64,000 nucleotides of DNA from Amoebophrya sp. A120 (taxonomy: Eukaryota > Protista > Dinoflagellata). The translations under genes were made by a program, and so were the position numbers. The stretch is taken from positions 7,843,599-7,907,598 of the forward strand of contig CAJINV010000001.1 of assembly GCA_905178155.1 (NCBI GenBank), in the 5' to 3' direction. Within the stretch, counting starts at the first letter, position 1. Every line of letters starts with the position of its first letter. Positions 35,082 through 47,140 of this stretch are shown here, in pieces. The notes below the pieces were generated by a model. That model did no database searches and was not told where the DNA came from. It saw only the letters and a list, made by a program, of their open reading frames with translations.

Positions 35082-38000
35082 TTACTCAGCATAGAAGTCC
35101 TCTTTTTCGAACCGGTTCACCTGCCAGTCCAGCCCCCGCCATGGCTGCAGGTGCAGCAGTTTCGCGTCGAGCGACTCCCCGTCGCCGTCCTTCTGCGCGG
35201 GACACGTCTTGTTGTAGTTCCCCACGCCCACGGTAATGCACTCCCCGTCGGATCCGCCGCAGGTGCAGAATTCCTGGTGCAGGTAGGGCACGGTGGCGAG
35301 GGACACCTGCTCGTCGTCCAGAAACGTGCCCATGGCGAACGTGCGGAAGGGGTTGTTGCCCCACCGGTACAGGTAAAAGCCCCCCGTGGCGTCCATGTAG
35401 CGGAAGAACTTCTGGTACTCACCTTCCGGGTCGCGAAACCACGGCAGGTACAGGATCTCGATGTCGCTCATGAAGGTCTGCTGGTACCACTTCCAGTTCT
35501 TTTCCACCAACGACGCGAGGATCTTCGTCCGCCGCGGGTTGAGGTTGTGCATTTTGCAATACAGCAAGTAGTAGTACAGAAAGTTCACCGCGACGCTCGC
35601 CGCCTCCCGCCCCAGGTGCGGGAAGGCCGCCACCTTGTTGGTCCGCTTCAGCATCGCGAACGGGTCTTCGCGCCAGGGACCGGGGAAGTAACTATCGGTA
35701 TCCAGCGTCATGCCGTAGTCGAACCGCTGCAGCACCGGCTCCAGGAACACCGGGCCGGACCGCCACCGGCACATGTGCCGGTAGCCGAGCGCGAACGGCA
35801 TCTGGTGAATGGGGATCTGGTCCCGCCAAATCTCGGGTACGGCATCCAGAGACGCGAAGTTCCGCCCAAGGCTGGCGAACCTGGAGAAGGGATGGGGGGA
35901 AAGGAGATTTCATCGAGAAAATGTGTGTGTATGGGTGCGCCCGACCGATTGCAACAGAAAAGAAGTAAGTATGTCCACCAGAGATCATTGTTATTCACCT
36001 CGAAAACAAAGGTTCTTTTTGTCAAATAGTACACAGCATCTTCTACATCAAGTCAAGATTAAGATTTTACCAAACACGATTCTCGCTGCAGAGAACGATT
36101 CTACGCCGGGACGCTTCGGACATCCCCTCGTGGAAAATCACGACCGGGTAGTCGTAGTGCTTATTTAGGTTCTCCCAGATGCTCGGCAAGGCCCGCTCGA
36201 TGTCGAGCAAGTCGCGCGGCGAGTCCGGCATGACGAAGTGCAACACCGCACTCAATTTTTCCGTTTCATTAATCCTGGCCCGATTCGGCTCCTCCATGTC
36301 GCACATGGTGCCGCGATACGGCGGAAAGCACTCGCACTCCCCGTCGAAGCAGCGCCCCCGCTGGTCCTTCTCAATGAACCACTTCAGCAAGGGCTGCTCG
36401 TGCAGCACGCGCGCCGCGAAGCTTTGCAGCAGCGTCATCTGTCGGACCTCCACGTCGCGCAGGAGCGCGGCGTCCTCAAAGTCGTTCAGAATTGCTTGGT
36501 GCGCCGCAGTTCCGGTAACCGTGTCGATAAATTGCTCCGGCTGCCGCTTCACCTGGTAGTGCTGCTCATCCGGCGCGGTGGGCAAACCGACCGTTACCGT
36601 GTCGGGCAGTTGCTGCTGACTCTTCGCGCTGCTACTCTGCTCAACATGATCTCCGCCTGGAAAATAAACACTACCCGTCGTATTCCGGTTTTTACACATG
36701 TCCGGGAGATTATGCGCGTGCACGGGGATCTTTTCCACTTGGAACTGGCGGTACAAGTTGCACACTGCGTCCTCCCGCTCCTCCTGCTTTTCCGCCTGAC
36801 ACGCGGTTACTGGGCTCAGGTCTACCTTCATGGAGAATTCCAGCTGGGCAGCCACGCGCGCATTCGGTGAGCAGTACCAGCCCTTGGCCCATTTCTGGTA
36901 CAGCAGACTCGGACGCAAGCCCACCAGGCACCGGTCCGCCGGGTGCGCCTCCTCCTCCACGAGCGAGGGTGGGTTAATTTCGAACACCTCGAGCTTCCTC
37001 TGCGTGACGGGGATGACGGTTGCCTTCGCGAGACCACCCGCCGCGCCACCTGATGTCGTCGTGGCCCCCGCGTAGTTGTCTATTGGGTTCTTTTGCCCCT
37101 TCCGGTCGGCCGCGTGCTTTCGGTTTTCTCTACTTTTTTCCTCTCGCTTCACGGAATCCCGCTCCGCGGAGGCAATCCACGGGTCGTGCCCGAACGCCTT
37201 CTTCCACACGTACACGGCGAATACGTGCTCCACGTGGTCCAGCACGTAGCCGTGTTTGCGCATCACTTGCGTTTCCGCGTACTGCAGCGAGCACTGGAGC
37301 TTCCACACCGAGGCCGGCACGTCTTGGTAGAAGGGTAGCCGATGGCCGTGGTCGACCAGCTCCCAGTACTGGCGCATGTTGGGCGCCATCTCCAGGTATC
37401 AACTGCAAATATGTCTGGGTCTGGAAGAGTCGCGGTTTTTCATGCACATTTTGCATGACCCGTGAGGTCTGTGATGCAGGTCCTAGCAGCACAGATTTTT
37501 GGAGGGCTTCTTAATGCTTATCACGCATGATAAATGCCCTATCCGCGTGCCAAGCACTGAACTCCTCTTGCTTCTCATGCAACACTGATATTTTTAGAAT
37601 CCGCCGACAGCATTACAAGTTCCACCCTTCCAGACCCAGACATATTTGCACTACATACCAGTGGCGGGGGCACCGTGGGGTTGATCGCGACAAACACAAT
37701 CTTCGGCTTCACCGGCCCGGATTCCAGCAGTTTCTTCAGCAGCAGGCAGTTGCCCACCAGCGGGTGCACGAACAGCAGGTCGGGCGAGTAGTGGTTCACG
37801 CTCTTGTACAGGCTGATCATGCTGCTCCACTGCGCCAGCCGGCTCATCGTGTTCGTCGTGTGGATGTTGTTCTTCACCAACCGCGCCCCGGGCCCGAGCG
37901 GCCGGCCGCGGTAGCTCACCGACACGTTGTAGGGGTCGGCGGTAGACGCCTGAAAATGGTAGTGCGCCCACCCGGCTTCCGATGGCAGGCAGTCGGCGGC

Positions 38001-40305
38001 GTCAAAGTCCAAAAGCGTCCCGCGGCACGCGCCCGGCGGGTAGTGCGGGCTGTCCAGACTGTAGCTGATGACGAAGTACTATGAGAGTGCACAACTCGTC
38101 CCCCTTGCCCTCATGTGAAGGGAATAAGCAGCAACACAGGGAGAGGGCGGAAGAAAACGAAATCTGGCTCCCGCTCGATAAATCTGCACGCGGATTGTAG
38201 AACTGTCTCAGATTGGTACGCGGACAATGCTTAAAGACAGACACACAATGTGGATTTGGTCGTACTTATTTTGCACTACAAATGAGGGAGAGGGGGGGTT
38301 GTGCACTCTCATAAGTACGACAGCGACACTTCGCGGTCCACCATACGCAAGAGCTGCAGCGGACTCCGCTCGGCCCGTGGCGCGCCGACCGCGTCCGTGC
38401 TCACGGCGGTCTTTTGGCTGCGAGTCTGCTTCGCAAGCTTCTGGAACTCAGACAAGTACGTAATTTGAGACTTCGTCATGTGGTCCGCCGCCTCCGGCGG
38501 CAGCAGCGCCTGCTCTAGTTTTCGCCAGTGCTGCTCGAACTTCTGCGCGCTGCGACTTAGCGCAGTTGTGCTCTTGTCACTTCGCGGGTCCTGCTCGCCG
38601 CCCGCTGCGGATACCACAATATCCTCCTGAAGATGTGTATCCACGTAGTCTTCGATGTCGTACTCCTGAAACGCCCCAAACCCGCGCCCCCCGGTGCTCC
38701 GCATGAACAGGCAGATGCGCTCGAATTGGTTGCCGCTCGCCAGGAACTCACGCTTCGGGTTGTCCAGCGCCGTGAAGAATTCCCAGCTGAAGATCGCGTT
38801 CAGCTGGTTCTGCGACGTGTCTTTGTTTGCTAACGAGATGAAATTCGTGTCGTCGTTTGACACGTACAACCCGGTCGTGCTGCCCCCGAGGTCCATACTG
38901 AGCACGTTCCGGATCTTCGCCGGATCCAGACTCGCAACCAGCCCCGCGGATGTTGTTGATGAAACCAACGGCAAATACCCTATCGGCGCCACGCGGAACA
39001 CGCTCGCGAACGAGGGAAAGAACAGCTTGAAGGCCGGGTGCTCGTGCCGGGGGATCAGTTCCTTCGGCAAGTGGTTGGGGACGCTGTAGTGCTCCGCGAT
39101 GTCCCCGAGAATGGGCTCGAGGAAGTGCAGCACGTTCACGACGAGCTCGCGGTGGACGGACAGCACCTGCTTCAGCTGATCCTGGTATCCCTTGTTCCCA
39201 ACGGCGCGGGCCACGGACTGGGCTAGGGGGTCCAGGCTCGCGGTGAGGTCGTGCAGCCGCCGACTGGCCGTCTCCACCCCGTGCTCCATCTCCAGCAGAT
39301 AACGGATCTGCTGCTCGAACAGCGTGGCGTGAAACGATATCCTCGTGTCCACGTACAACGGGGAAAGCCGGACGGGGCAGAGCATCTATGCACTGCGAAC
39401 ATCGATCTGGGTCTGGAAGGTTGCGATTTCTGATGCGCCGTCCCGCAGATCATGCAAAAAGAAAAATTTGTCTTGCGCGAATACTAGCACATTATGCCCA
39501 TTTCTGGCAATGCTGCAACGGTGTTTCTCATGCGGCATATCTATGCAACATTGCGAAGCCCTTATATGATCAAAACCCGTGATGCTAGGCACTGCATTCC
39601 AGCCCCCGTGGGGCTGGCATCCAACATCTGCATGGCACACTCCTGCACTCAACATCCAGATCCAGACATATTTGCAGTGGATAGCACCTGCATCAACCCC
39701 ATGTAGGCCGACTCGAACAACCGCAACGCCGCGGTGATTAACTGGGAGGCCTGCGTGGTGGAGACCAGCTCCACGACTTCGAAATGCCGCAAGCCCACGT
39801 AGGTTCGGTGGAACTCGTTGGTGTACGCCAACGCAGCTTCATGCTGCTTCTGCAGCTGCACGGCGGCGGGCTCGAAACACAACAGATCCTCGCTCTGCCG
39901 CCGCTCGGCAACCAGCTTTTGCTCCTTCTTCAAACTTGCTGTATCCGCTTCGGTTGCCAAACGCTTTGCGTAGTTATGGTTTGTCCCGATCTGCTGTTGC
40001 GCAGCGACAACGGGAAGAAATGATCTGGTGTGCAGTACTTCTAAAGGTAAATCGTAATAGTGATCTTCCAGGTTGTAGAAGTCAATCAGCGAAGCGATCA
40101 TTTCCCGACACAGAGGCCACTGCAGTACGGTGGCGAACGCCGCTGCGACCAGCAGAGCCCCGAGCGCCGTCCAGTGATTGGCGCGGAAGACACTGTAGCT
40201 GTCTTTTCTTCTTCTTCGTGTTGTCTTTCTGTGCTCGGAAGCCGCCACCCTGCCTGATATTCGAAATCTTTCCATCGCGAAAGACTGAGTCTTTGCATTC
40301 AGCAT
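35082..40305 (-). CDS. Large type-II membrane protein: methyltransferase-like middle domain, EGF-like module and C-terminal GT15 (KRE2/MNT1) alpha-1,2-mannosyltransferase; exons approx. 40305-39688, 39385-38319, 38079-37659, 37392-36071, 35880-35082
   Basis: GT15 motifs DYPVVIFHE, GYRHMCRW.SG, LDTDS and GGFYLYRWG are present, plus the EGF module CFDGECECFPPYRGTMC and an N-terminal TM. Removing three TIR elements and one GT-AG intron gives one continuous frame. Confidence 0.8.
37396..37658. mobile_element. Introner-like MITE (family 1), 263 bp, ~32-bp TIR, 3-bp TSD (cag)
   Basis: Left end GTATCAACTGCAAATATGTCTGGGTCTGGAAG versus right-end reverse complement GTATGTAGTGCAAATATGTCTGGGTCTGGAAG. 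cag lies at 37393-95 and 37659-61. Confidence 0.9.
38080..38313. mobile_element. Introner-like MITE (family 2), 234 bp, 16-bp perfect TIR, 5-bp TSD (agtac)
   Basis: TATGAGAGTGCACAAC is inverted at both ends. agtac lies at 38075-79 and 38314-18. Removal restores VSLSYFVISY. Confidence 0.9.
39386..39684. mobile_element. Introner-like MITE (family 1), 299 bp, imperfect TIR, degenerate 3-bp TSD (cat/cac)
   Basis: Left end CTATGCACTGCGAACATCGATCTGGGTCTGG versus right-end reverse complement CTATCCACTGCAAATATGTCTGGATCTGG. The TIR core is the same as in the 37396 element. Confidence 0.85.
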
Positions 40306-40868
40306 TCTCTCCCCTGCACCGACCTTCTACTGACGTATGTGATCGCTGGTTGATGTGTTAGCATTCCTTGAACAATTATTTTTCTTCGCTGAAGTTTATC
40401 ACGGATGCGGATCGTACTCGTAACGGATCCAGAACAAAGGAACATGAAGCAAAAGAAACAGGACACGAACGAGCACGAAAAAAAAACAGGACCCTATGAT
40501 GCAGAAGAGAACGACAGAAGTTTTCTTTCTTTCTATGCTTGCATGCCTCAGGGTTGCGTCAACCCTGTGTCAGTTCCAGATCTTCTGACTCTCTTTCTCT
40601 ATCGATCTCATGGCATGATTGGATCGACTTTGATTTTCTTGGGAAAGATCGTCTACAAGAACGAGAACAAAGCGCGACAACACAGCTGTTAAAGCATCGA
40701 GCTTCTTTTCCAAACCATCTATCATTCTTTTTTTATTTCATATAATTCAAAAAACGAATACGAAGTTCCCACGAATAGAGTCAGCCGCTGCAACTCTACT
40801 AGTTTTCAAAATTTTCTATTTGATACCGTTCCAGCTGGGAGGGTCCAACGAAGGCATGGCCCCTGGAT

Positions 40869-43033
40869 TCATTTTCTTTCTCCTGCAGTCCTCTTTGTCG
40901 CTCTTATCTTTTTCGCCTTGATGTTTTTCTTTTTTCTGATTTCCATTCCGTTCAGGTAGACATCTATGACTTTCATCTTTACGCGCCGTTCTTCCTTGGT
41001 AGCAAGGCCCGGGTCCATTTTTTCGGCGCGTAAGCCTTGCAGGTGTGCTCTTACTTACGCCGATAGATTTTCTCGAAAATCTACTTTGGCAACCGAGTGT
41101 AGCCCTGTCTTCATGTAGCGAACCAGTGTTGAGTCAATCAAAAACGAGGCCGCTGAAACAACTGCGAGGGTGCGATATGAAACGTCATCCTTGTTTGACT
41201 TAATTAGGTACGTGTCGGAAAACCACCGCAGGTGTTGTCGCAAATCGCTATCGCTGAGAAGCCGAGCCCGGTCCTGTGCAAATTGTGCCTCGCAGCTGAG
41301 TTGGCAGCTTACCCTGTAAAACCTCGGCACAGTATAGTACGCCCACTGGTCCTCGGGGGCCGAGGGCTCCACCTCGCTGCGCCACACGTTCTGCTGCCGT
41401 CGCTCGGAGAGCGGCTTCTGGACCAAAACGTCGACAAGGTCGTGCTGATTGCTCTTCGGCATGGGGTCGTACCACCGCAGTCCGACGCGGTCGCTGACCG
41501 GCGCCAGGTAGGGATCTACGAAGGAGTGATCGGGATCGGAGCTGTGCTCGTACCGCACGAAGGGATCATAGTCGTGTAGGTCTTGATGCGCATCGAGCGG
41601 CGTCAAGTCGTCGCGCACCGCATCATACTGTGCAGAATTGAGGCTGAAAACTCCCAGTGCCTCATAGTCACTGAGCGCCCTGTCAAAATGGTTTTGGTAC
41701 CCGGGGAGGTGAAGCCATTCATGGACGCGATCCCACCACGAGCGCCTCTTTTCTGCATTGTGCATCATATCCTTCAGCTTGAAGGCCCGATACTCCGGAC
41801 TCTTCTTCATATTCCATCGAAGCCAGTCAATGGATGTCCATGGTACGTAATAGCGCTCACCGTTATACCGTACGCGGTTCTCGACAAAGGCCAGATACCG
41901 CGAGAGTTTCTCCAACTCGGGCGTCGTCCAGGCACCAGTAAGGTTGTGATCCATCTGGTTGTTCTGCTCCACTTCAAGTAACGGCGATGGTAGGACATCT
42001 GATGATGTAGGGAGGGCACCGCTAGCGCTAGTGTTCCCGAAATGATCCTCCGTCGTAACATTCAGCAAGACACACTGACACGCGAGGAGGTCGTCGATAC
42101 TTGGATACACCCGCAGGACGTCGTCCTCTAAAATGTCAAAGTGGTGCAGAGGCTGGGTCATGTCAAACTTCCCGGACCGGTGGTTGTAGAACATCCGTCG
42201 CAACGTCTCCCGCAAAGACGGTGACGCGGTCGCACCAGCGGAGTCCGCCGATGCGCCGGAGGACTTGTCGTAGAACATCCGTCCCAACCACTTCCACCAC
42301 GACTGTGATGCACCAGCCGAACCCGAGGAAGCTGGGTCATCCGATGCGCCGGAAGAGTTCGGGGTGGAAGTAGAGGTCAAAGACGGGCCTCCCGAAGTGC
42401 TGAAGCTGCCACTGCCGCGGCGCGCCGTAATTGGGTCCGCTACTTCCTCTTCCAACTCGGCGGCTCTTCTTCAGGACGATTCTGCGCAAGTTCTTCGCGT
42501 CGTGCTTCTTCCTCGAAGGAGGTGGACATAACCGGCGGCTGGACTTCTTCCTCGGCACTGTCCGTTTCCACGCCCAGCGGCCTCACTTCTACCGCCGTGG
42601 CAAATGAGTCCGACCTAGCAAAAGACGATGGCTTAGAAGAACTACCCATGCCGCCAAGTTGAAGGTCGTTCCGATCACTGGCTGCGAGACGGGGCCCCCT
42701 TGCGTCTTCCGCTAGAAGTTCAGTCGTGCCGTCTTGTCCTAAACGTGGTCGTTCCTGTGTGACCACTTCGTCTGTCTCGTCTCCCCCCGTGGCTGCAAAA
42801 TGATCCTCGGCCCCGTCCTCATGGGTCGATGATGGAGTTTTTGGCTTTTCTTCGTCTGTTGACCGGGGTAGGCCAGATGCACGGCTGGCGACGGGAGGGC
42901 CCTCCGGCCTTTCAAGGCTGGCCGCATCCCTCAGATGTTGGTCGGTTAGGCGGGCGTCCGCTCCTGCAAACAGAAACAGGCTCAGCTGTGCCAAAAGCGG
43001 CCACAAAGAAGACAAAAACATCTTCATAATCAT
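40869..43033 (-). pseudogene. Secreted protein gene with a frame break near 42460 and an apparent premature TAA at 41055-57
   Basis: The signal-peptide ORF 43033-42440 overlaps the out-of-frame ORF 42455-41055. Protein-like sequence (VRAHLQGLRAEKMDPG...) continues for 61 codons past the TAA. Confidence 0.5.
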
Positions 43034-44641
43034 ATCGGAACCGACAGAAAGTTACTTAATGACAAAACGCGCACTCGTTCTTGATTGGCCCAAGGAAGGG
43101 CAACTAAAGCCTTCAGTCATTTGATCTGGAAGCAAATCGCTTTCCCCCTGATCGCAAAAACGAGAAGATCCGTCACGAACGAGCTCCGTTGATAAAGAAT
43201 CTAGAGGTCTTCGACCGAAAGCAACACTCAAGGAACACCACGACCCTTGGGTAAAAGCATCTCCACACACTTCCGGATATCTGGAGCGACTTCAGCTTGT
43301 TGCACCAGTTTCTTGTTTTCACCACTAACTGGGCACCGGGACCGGTGTGCCAATCATATGTTGTAGCAAGAAAATGTAGCGAGCGCGTTTCTTGAGGCAG
43401 ATTCGAGGCAGCCCTCCACGTTCATTCGATCCCGCTTCCACGAACATAGCTCACGACAGCGTATAGCGTTTAGATACAAATGGGAACATGTTCGCGAAGC
43501 GGAGTCGAAGGCTGCCCCGCTTTGCCCAAAAAGTGACTTCGATACGGACTTGATCAAAAGGAAGATCTTCGCAAAAGCTGGAGCAGTGCGACTCATGGGG
43601 AATGCTAGTGAACTAGAGAGAGAGTACTTCTTAGACTGCGTTAGCCGAAGCCCTGAGGCTCTACTAAACTGCTTGGTAAGAAAGAGATACTGTGGTGCGT
43701 GGTCGCGCGTAATCGAAAAAACTAAAAACGGTGTAATAGCGTAAGTGGCGAACTCAGCAGAACTCGCATAATGAAATGGATACTTATGTAAAGATGTAGT
43801 ACTGACTTCGTGGTGGTAAAAACAAATACTTGACAGCGACGCAGACATGGTCTTGCGCGTTACGCTGGATGAAAAATGCTATGGTATGGGGTATTTTCAA
43901 AACTGCCAACCTGCTCTTCGAAAGAGTTCTTTCCCGTCTTGAAGGTTCAGCAAAAGAGAAAGTCGTCGCTATTCGGGGTATGTACTGTGCGTAGAGTTCT
44001 TTTCAAAGCCGCTGCTGCTTGTAGTTTACTGTTGTCACGCCTTTCGCGCGTGAAGTAAGCTTGCAAAAACGCATATCTATTCGGGACGTCTTGTTCGATT
44101 GTGCTATCGTTATGAATGCGTTCTTTTACTTCTATCTTATTAACCGAGCCCCAACGAAAATGCTGTATTTGCTTCTGCTTTCACCTCAAAGCTGTTCCAT
44201 ATTAATAGCGGAGTTCGATATAAAGGCTTTCACTTTCCAGCTAGGAGAGTAGAATTTTCCGCGAACGACGGGCAGTGGTTGGGATGACTATACCCTCCTG
44301 TTTCATGTCGTTTGAGCGACTTGATAAGATGAGTATGGAATAAAGACAGCCCCTATCGTACTCTGTAACTAAGATTTCCAACATGCATAGCAATATCCAA
44401 TGCCGGAAAACCGCAGTTACAAGCGACCAAAAATTTTTTCAAAATGTTCTTCTGGAACAGATACTTTACTGAACCCTGGCTGTACATCCTCCCCTCCTCG
44501 TGGCGCAATCAGGCGCCACCGATAATTAGAATTATCTGCATTTCTGAACGAACGGACCTTCCAGAATGAACCCTACTGTGCGTGAAAAAGCTCCTGTCCC
44601 GAACATGATCCTCTAGAACTTGATTAGCGCAAGAACCTCCG

Positions 44642-44998
44642 TCATTGATACGCCGTCATGGTCTTTTTCAGCATCGCTGGGTCGATCGACGAGGAAAACC
44701 CGTTCGAGGCGGTGAACTGGGGCTGTTGCGTCAGCATCTGTGTGCGGGACTTGCGGAGTTGCCGGCTGATGTCGTTGACGACGCGGCGTGCTTGCTGTTG
44801 CCGGTGCTGGTTCGAGGGTGCGGCCGGCGAAGTCCGTGTGCGCGACAAACTCTCCTCCAGAGAGAGCGTACGTGGCTTGGTTTTGCTGCCACTGGACGCT
44901 TGTGATGCGGTGCGGTCTTCGCGTTCGATGCGACTCTGCGGTACTTGGGGCTGCTCCACGGGAGCGGCGTAACTGGCGGGAAACCCGCTGAAAGGCAT
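44642..44998 (-). CDS. Possible exon or short hypothetical protein
   Basis: GC-rich 118-codon ORF on the block strand. No family recognised and no clear exon partners. Confidence 0.3.
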   Translation of the reverse strand: MPFSGFPASYAAPVEQPQVPQSRIEREDRTASQASSGSKTKPRTLSLEESLSRTRTSPAAPSNQHRQQQARRVVNDISRQLRKSRTQMLTQQPQFTASNGFSSSIDPAMLKKTMTAYQ

Positions 44999-46371
44999 GT
45001 GCGCTGTTTTTTGGGTGGTGAAAACATTGTTTTGAGGTCGAATTTGTGAAATTGCTCATCGAGGAGTATGATTTTCCTAAGATACTGTTTTCGGTGCGTT
45101 ATGATCTACTGCAACTTCCCTCGTCCCCTATGGTTTTTTGTTTATGTATGGCTGCATCACGGCCGTGCGTGAGCAGTAAAACGCCGCCCTCTTGTTCCAC
45201 CTCCTGGTGTAGCACAGATAAGCTGGCGTCGACTCTGTCTGTTGACTAGTAGCCTGCTTCGCCCTGAGGCATGTAGTTTCCATCGTCAGTCGCAGCTTGT
45301 AGCGCTAGTTTTTTTGCTCGCCAGTCCCTCTCATTCTTTTTCGCCGACATGCTGCATTCTAGACATCCCGCGTCGACTGCAGTAAAAAAATAACGCGACT
45401 TCAAAAATCAGTGCGGTCAGAAAAAAAATAGATGTTCCTCCTTCCCGAAAGCAAATACAAAAAGTCGAAGATTTAGAAAAATAAAAAAATGCAGCGCCGA
45501 ACTAGCGATGTCAACGGCGTGCTGCATGCTTCGACGTTGGGGCATGTAGTAGTGGCAAAAATAGTTCGTCAAGTCTCGTGAGGGCCCTTGCAGCTGCGGG
45601 TGCGGATAAATGCAAGCGCACTTGACAGTACTTTTTTTTTCAACACAGAGAGCACTGCTCGTAAAGAGATTGATTGTGTCTCTTGGATGCATGATACAAA
45701 TCAAATTTGTAGCTGCAGAAATTTTCTCGAAACGCCAAAATTCTCTGCATACGATTATAAACTCATTAGATATGCCCTAGGGAAAGGGTGCAAGCCTATC
45801 TTCGGCATTAGGAGTTTAGCGGGTCTGAAGAAGAGCGCTTGACGGTCAACCTCGTTAGATCTTATTGAAAACAAAGATATAGTACATGGATTTTGTGACT
45901 CGCTACCACAAAACGAACTTTTCCGGTCCCCACGGCGAACAATATTAACGCTAAAATTCGGTATTTCACGGTACATATTCAGTGCCCATTGCACTGGACG
46001 ACATCGGAACGTAAAAAAAACTGACACCGAAACACTTCTTTCTGCTACTCTCCGCCCCCCGGACAAGCCACAGCAAAATGCTGCAAGCTCTTGCCGCGCA
46101 TCGTCGGATCGCGCTTGTCGATTGTGCCTCCACTTTGGATCGTACCGCGCCAGATACCGCGTGCAGACGGAGGCGGCAGCGACATCGGAGAACGGAATAT
46201 ATGCTCGGTATGCGCAGCAGCAGCACCAGCAGCATTCCTGTTAGTCAAAACCAACGTCTTTCCTCCTTTTTCGTGCACTACAGCAGACAATGCTGCAGGG
46301 TTCTTGTTTTTGACCAATTTCGTCGCGAGTCTGGAAAATGTACTACTGCCGCACCGCTTAGAACAACGGGT

Positions 46372-46995
46372 TCAAAATAGACCAGCACCCGAGTGGTCTG
46401 AAATAGATGCGCAGCCGGAAAAAGCGCTGTAGTCGACTTTTCTACTACTACCCCGAGGTTCTTGCAGGAGCTCGCGTTCCTTGATTCCGTTTCCGACGAC
46501 GGCTTCCGGTAGTAGAAAAACCGGTAGCGGCGACGTGCGGGACCGCTTTTCAGTGCCAAGTGTGCCTTTGTGCTTCAACGCAGTGCCGGTCTTTTTTCGG
46601 CCCAGAGCAGAAGTCGGAAAAAACCGCGGAGATCTTTTTCCTGTCGCGGTGTGCGGACCGGTCGAGCCCTCGTGCTCTTCCCCGTTGTGGGCGGAGAACA
46701 GTTGATTCGTCGTTCCGAGGTTCTGTGGCGTGCAACAGGCCACGTCACGAACCGCAGATCGACCATGTGGCTTGTTTCGGCCGCGTGCGGGGGCTTGTTC
46801 GTTTGCTGCGTTACTGGGTGAGTACAGCTTCAAGGAAAGCATCCCGGGTGGCGCCGCCTGTTCATCTCGGTCTTGGTGTACGTTCTCCACTGGGTGGCTT
46901 TCGACGTCTTCGAGACGCCCCTGGTCCTCCTCCGCATTGCGTTCTTCAACAAACGTCGCTCTCTCCTGCATCTGCGACTGTTCAAAAAGAAACAA
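46372..46995 (-). CDS. Possible exon or hypothetical protein
   Basis: 207-codon ORF on the block strand with an acidic N-terminal part. No family recognised. Confidence 0.3.
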   Translation of the reverse strand: MFLFEQSQMQERATFVEERNAEEDQGRLEDVESHPVENVHQDRDEQAAPPGMLSLKLYSPSNAANEQAPARGRNKPHGRSAVRDVACCTPQNLGTTNQLFSAHNGEEHEGSTGPHTATGKRSPRFFPTSALGRKKTGTALKHKGTLGTEKRSRTSPLPVFLLPEAVVGNGIKERELLQEPRGSSRKVDYSAFSGCASISDHSGAGLF

Positions 46996-47140
46996 TTAGA
47001 ACCAGTTTGTTCCATGCACTCCTCAGAAGATGGCACTTCCTTTTTGGCAAGAACGATCGCCCGGGTTATTAAGGTCGTATCTGTTCATGCTGCTCAACAG
47101 TTTCTATCACGACTTGGAGCAGCTACAACATGCATCCTCA

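Noticed and set aside
41055-41057. Stop-codon reassignment, known in one Amoebophrya strain
   Set aside because: Conserved genes here have long stop-free frames and end at TAA, TAG or TGA. One internal TAA is better explained as a lesion or error.
42458-42540. 8-bp direct repeat (cggcggct) as the border of a non-canonical intron
   Set aside because: The spacing is 75 nt, so excision would not correct the frame, and there is no TIR.
43400-44300. Protein-like + strand fragments (also 11740-12105)
   Set aside because: They are short or stop-interrupted, run against the block orientation and show no recognisable motif.
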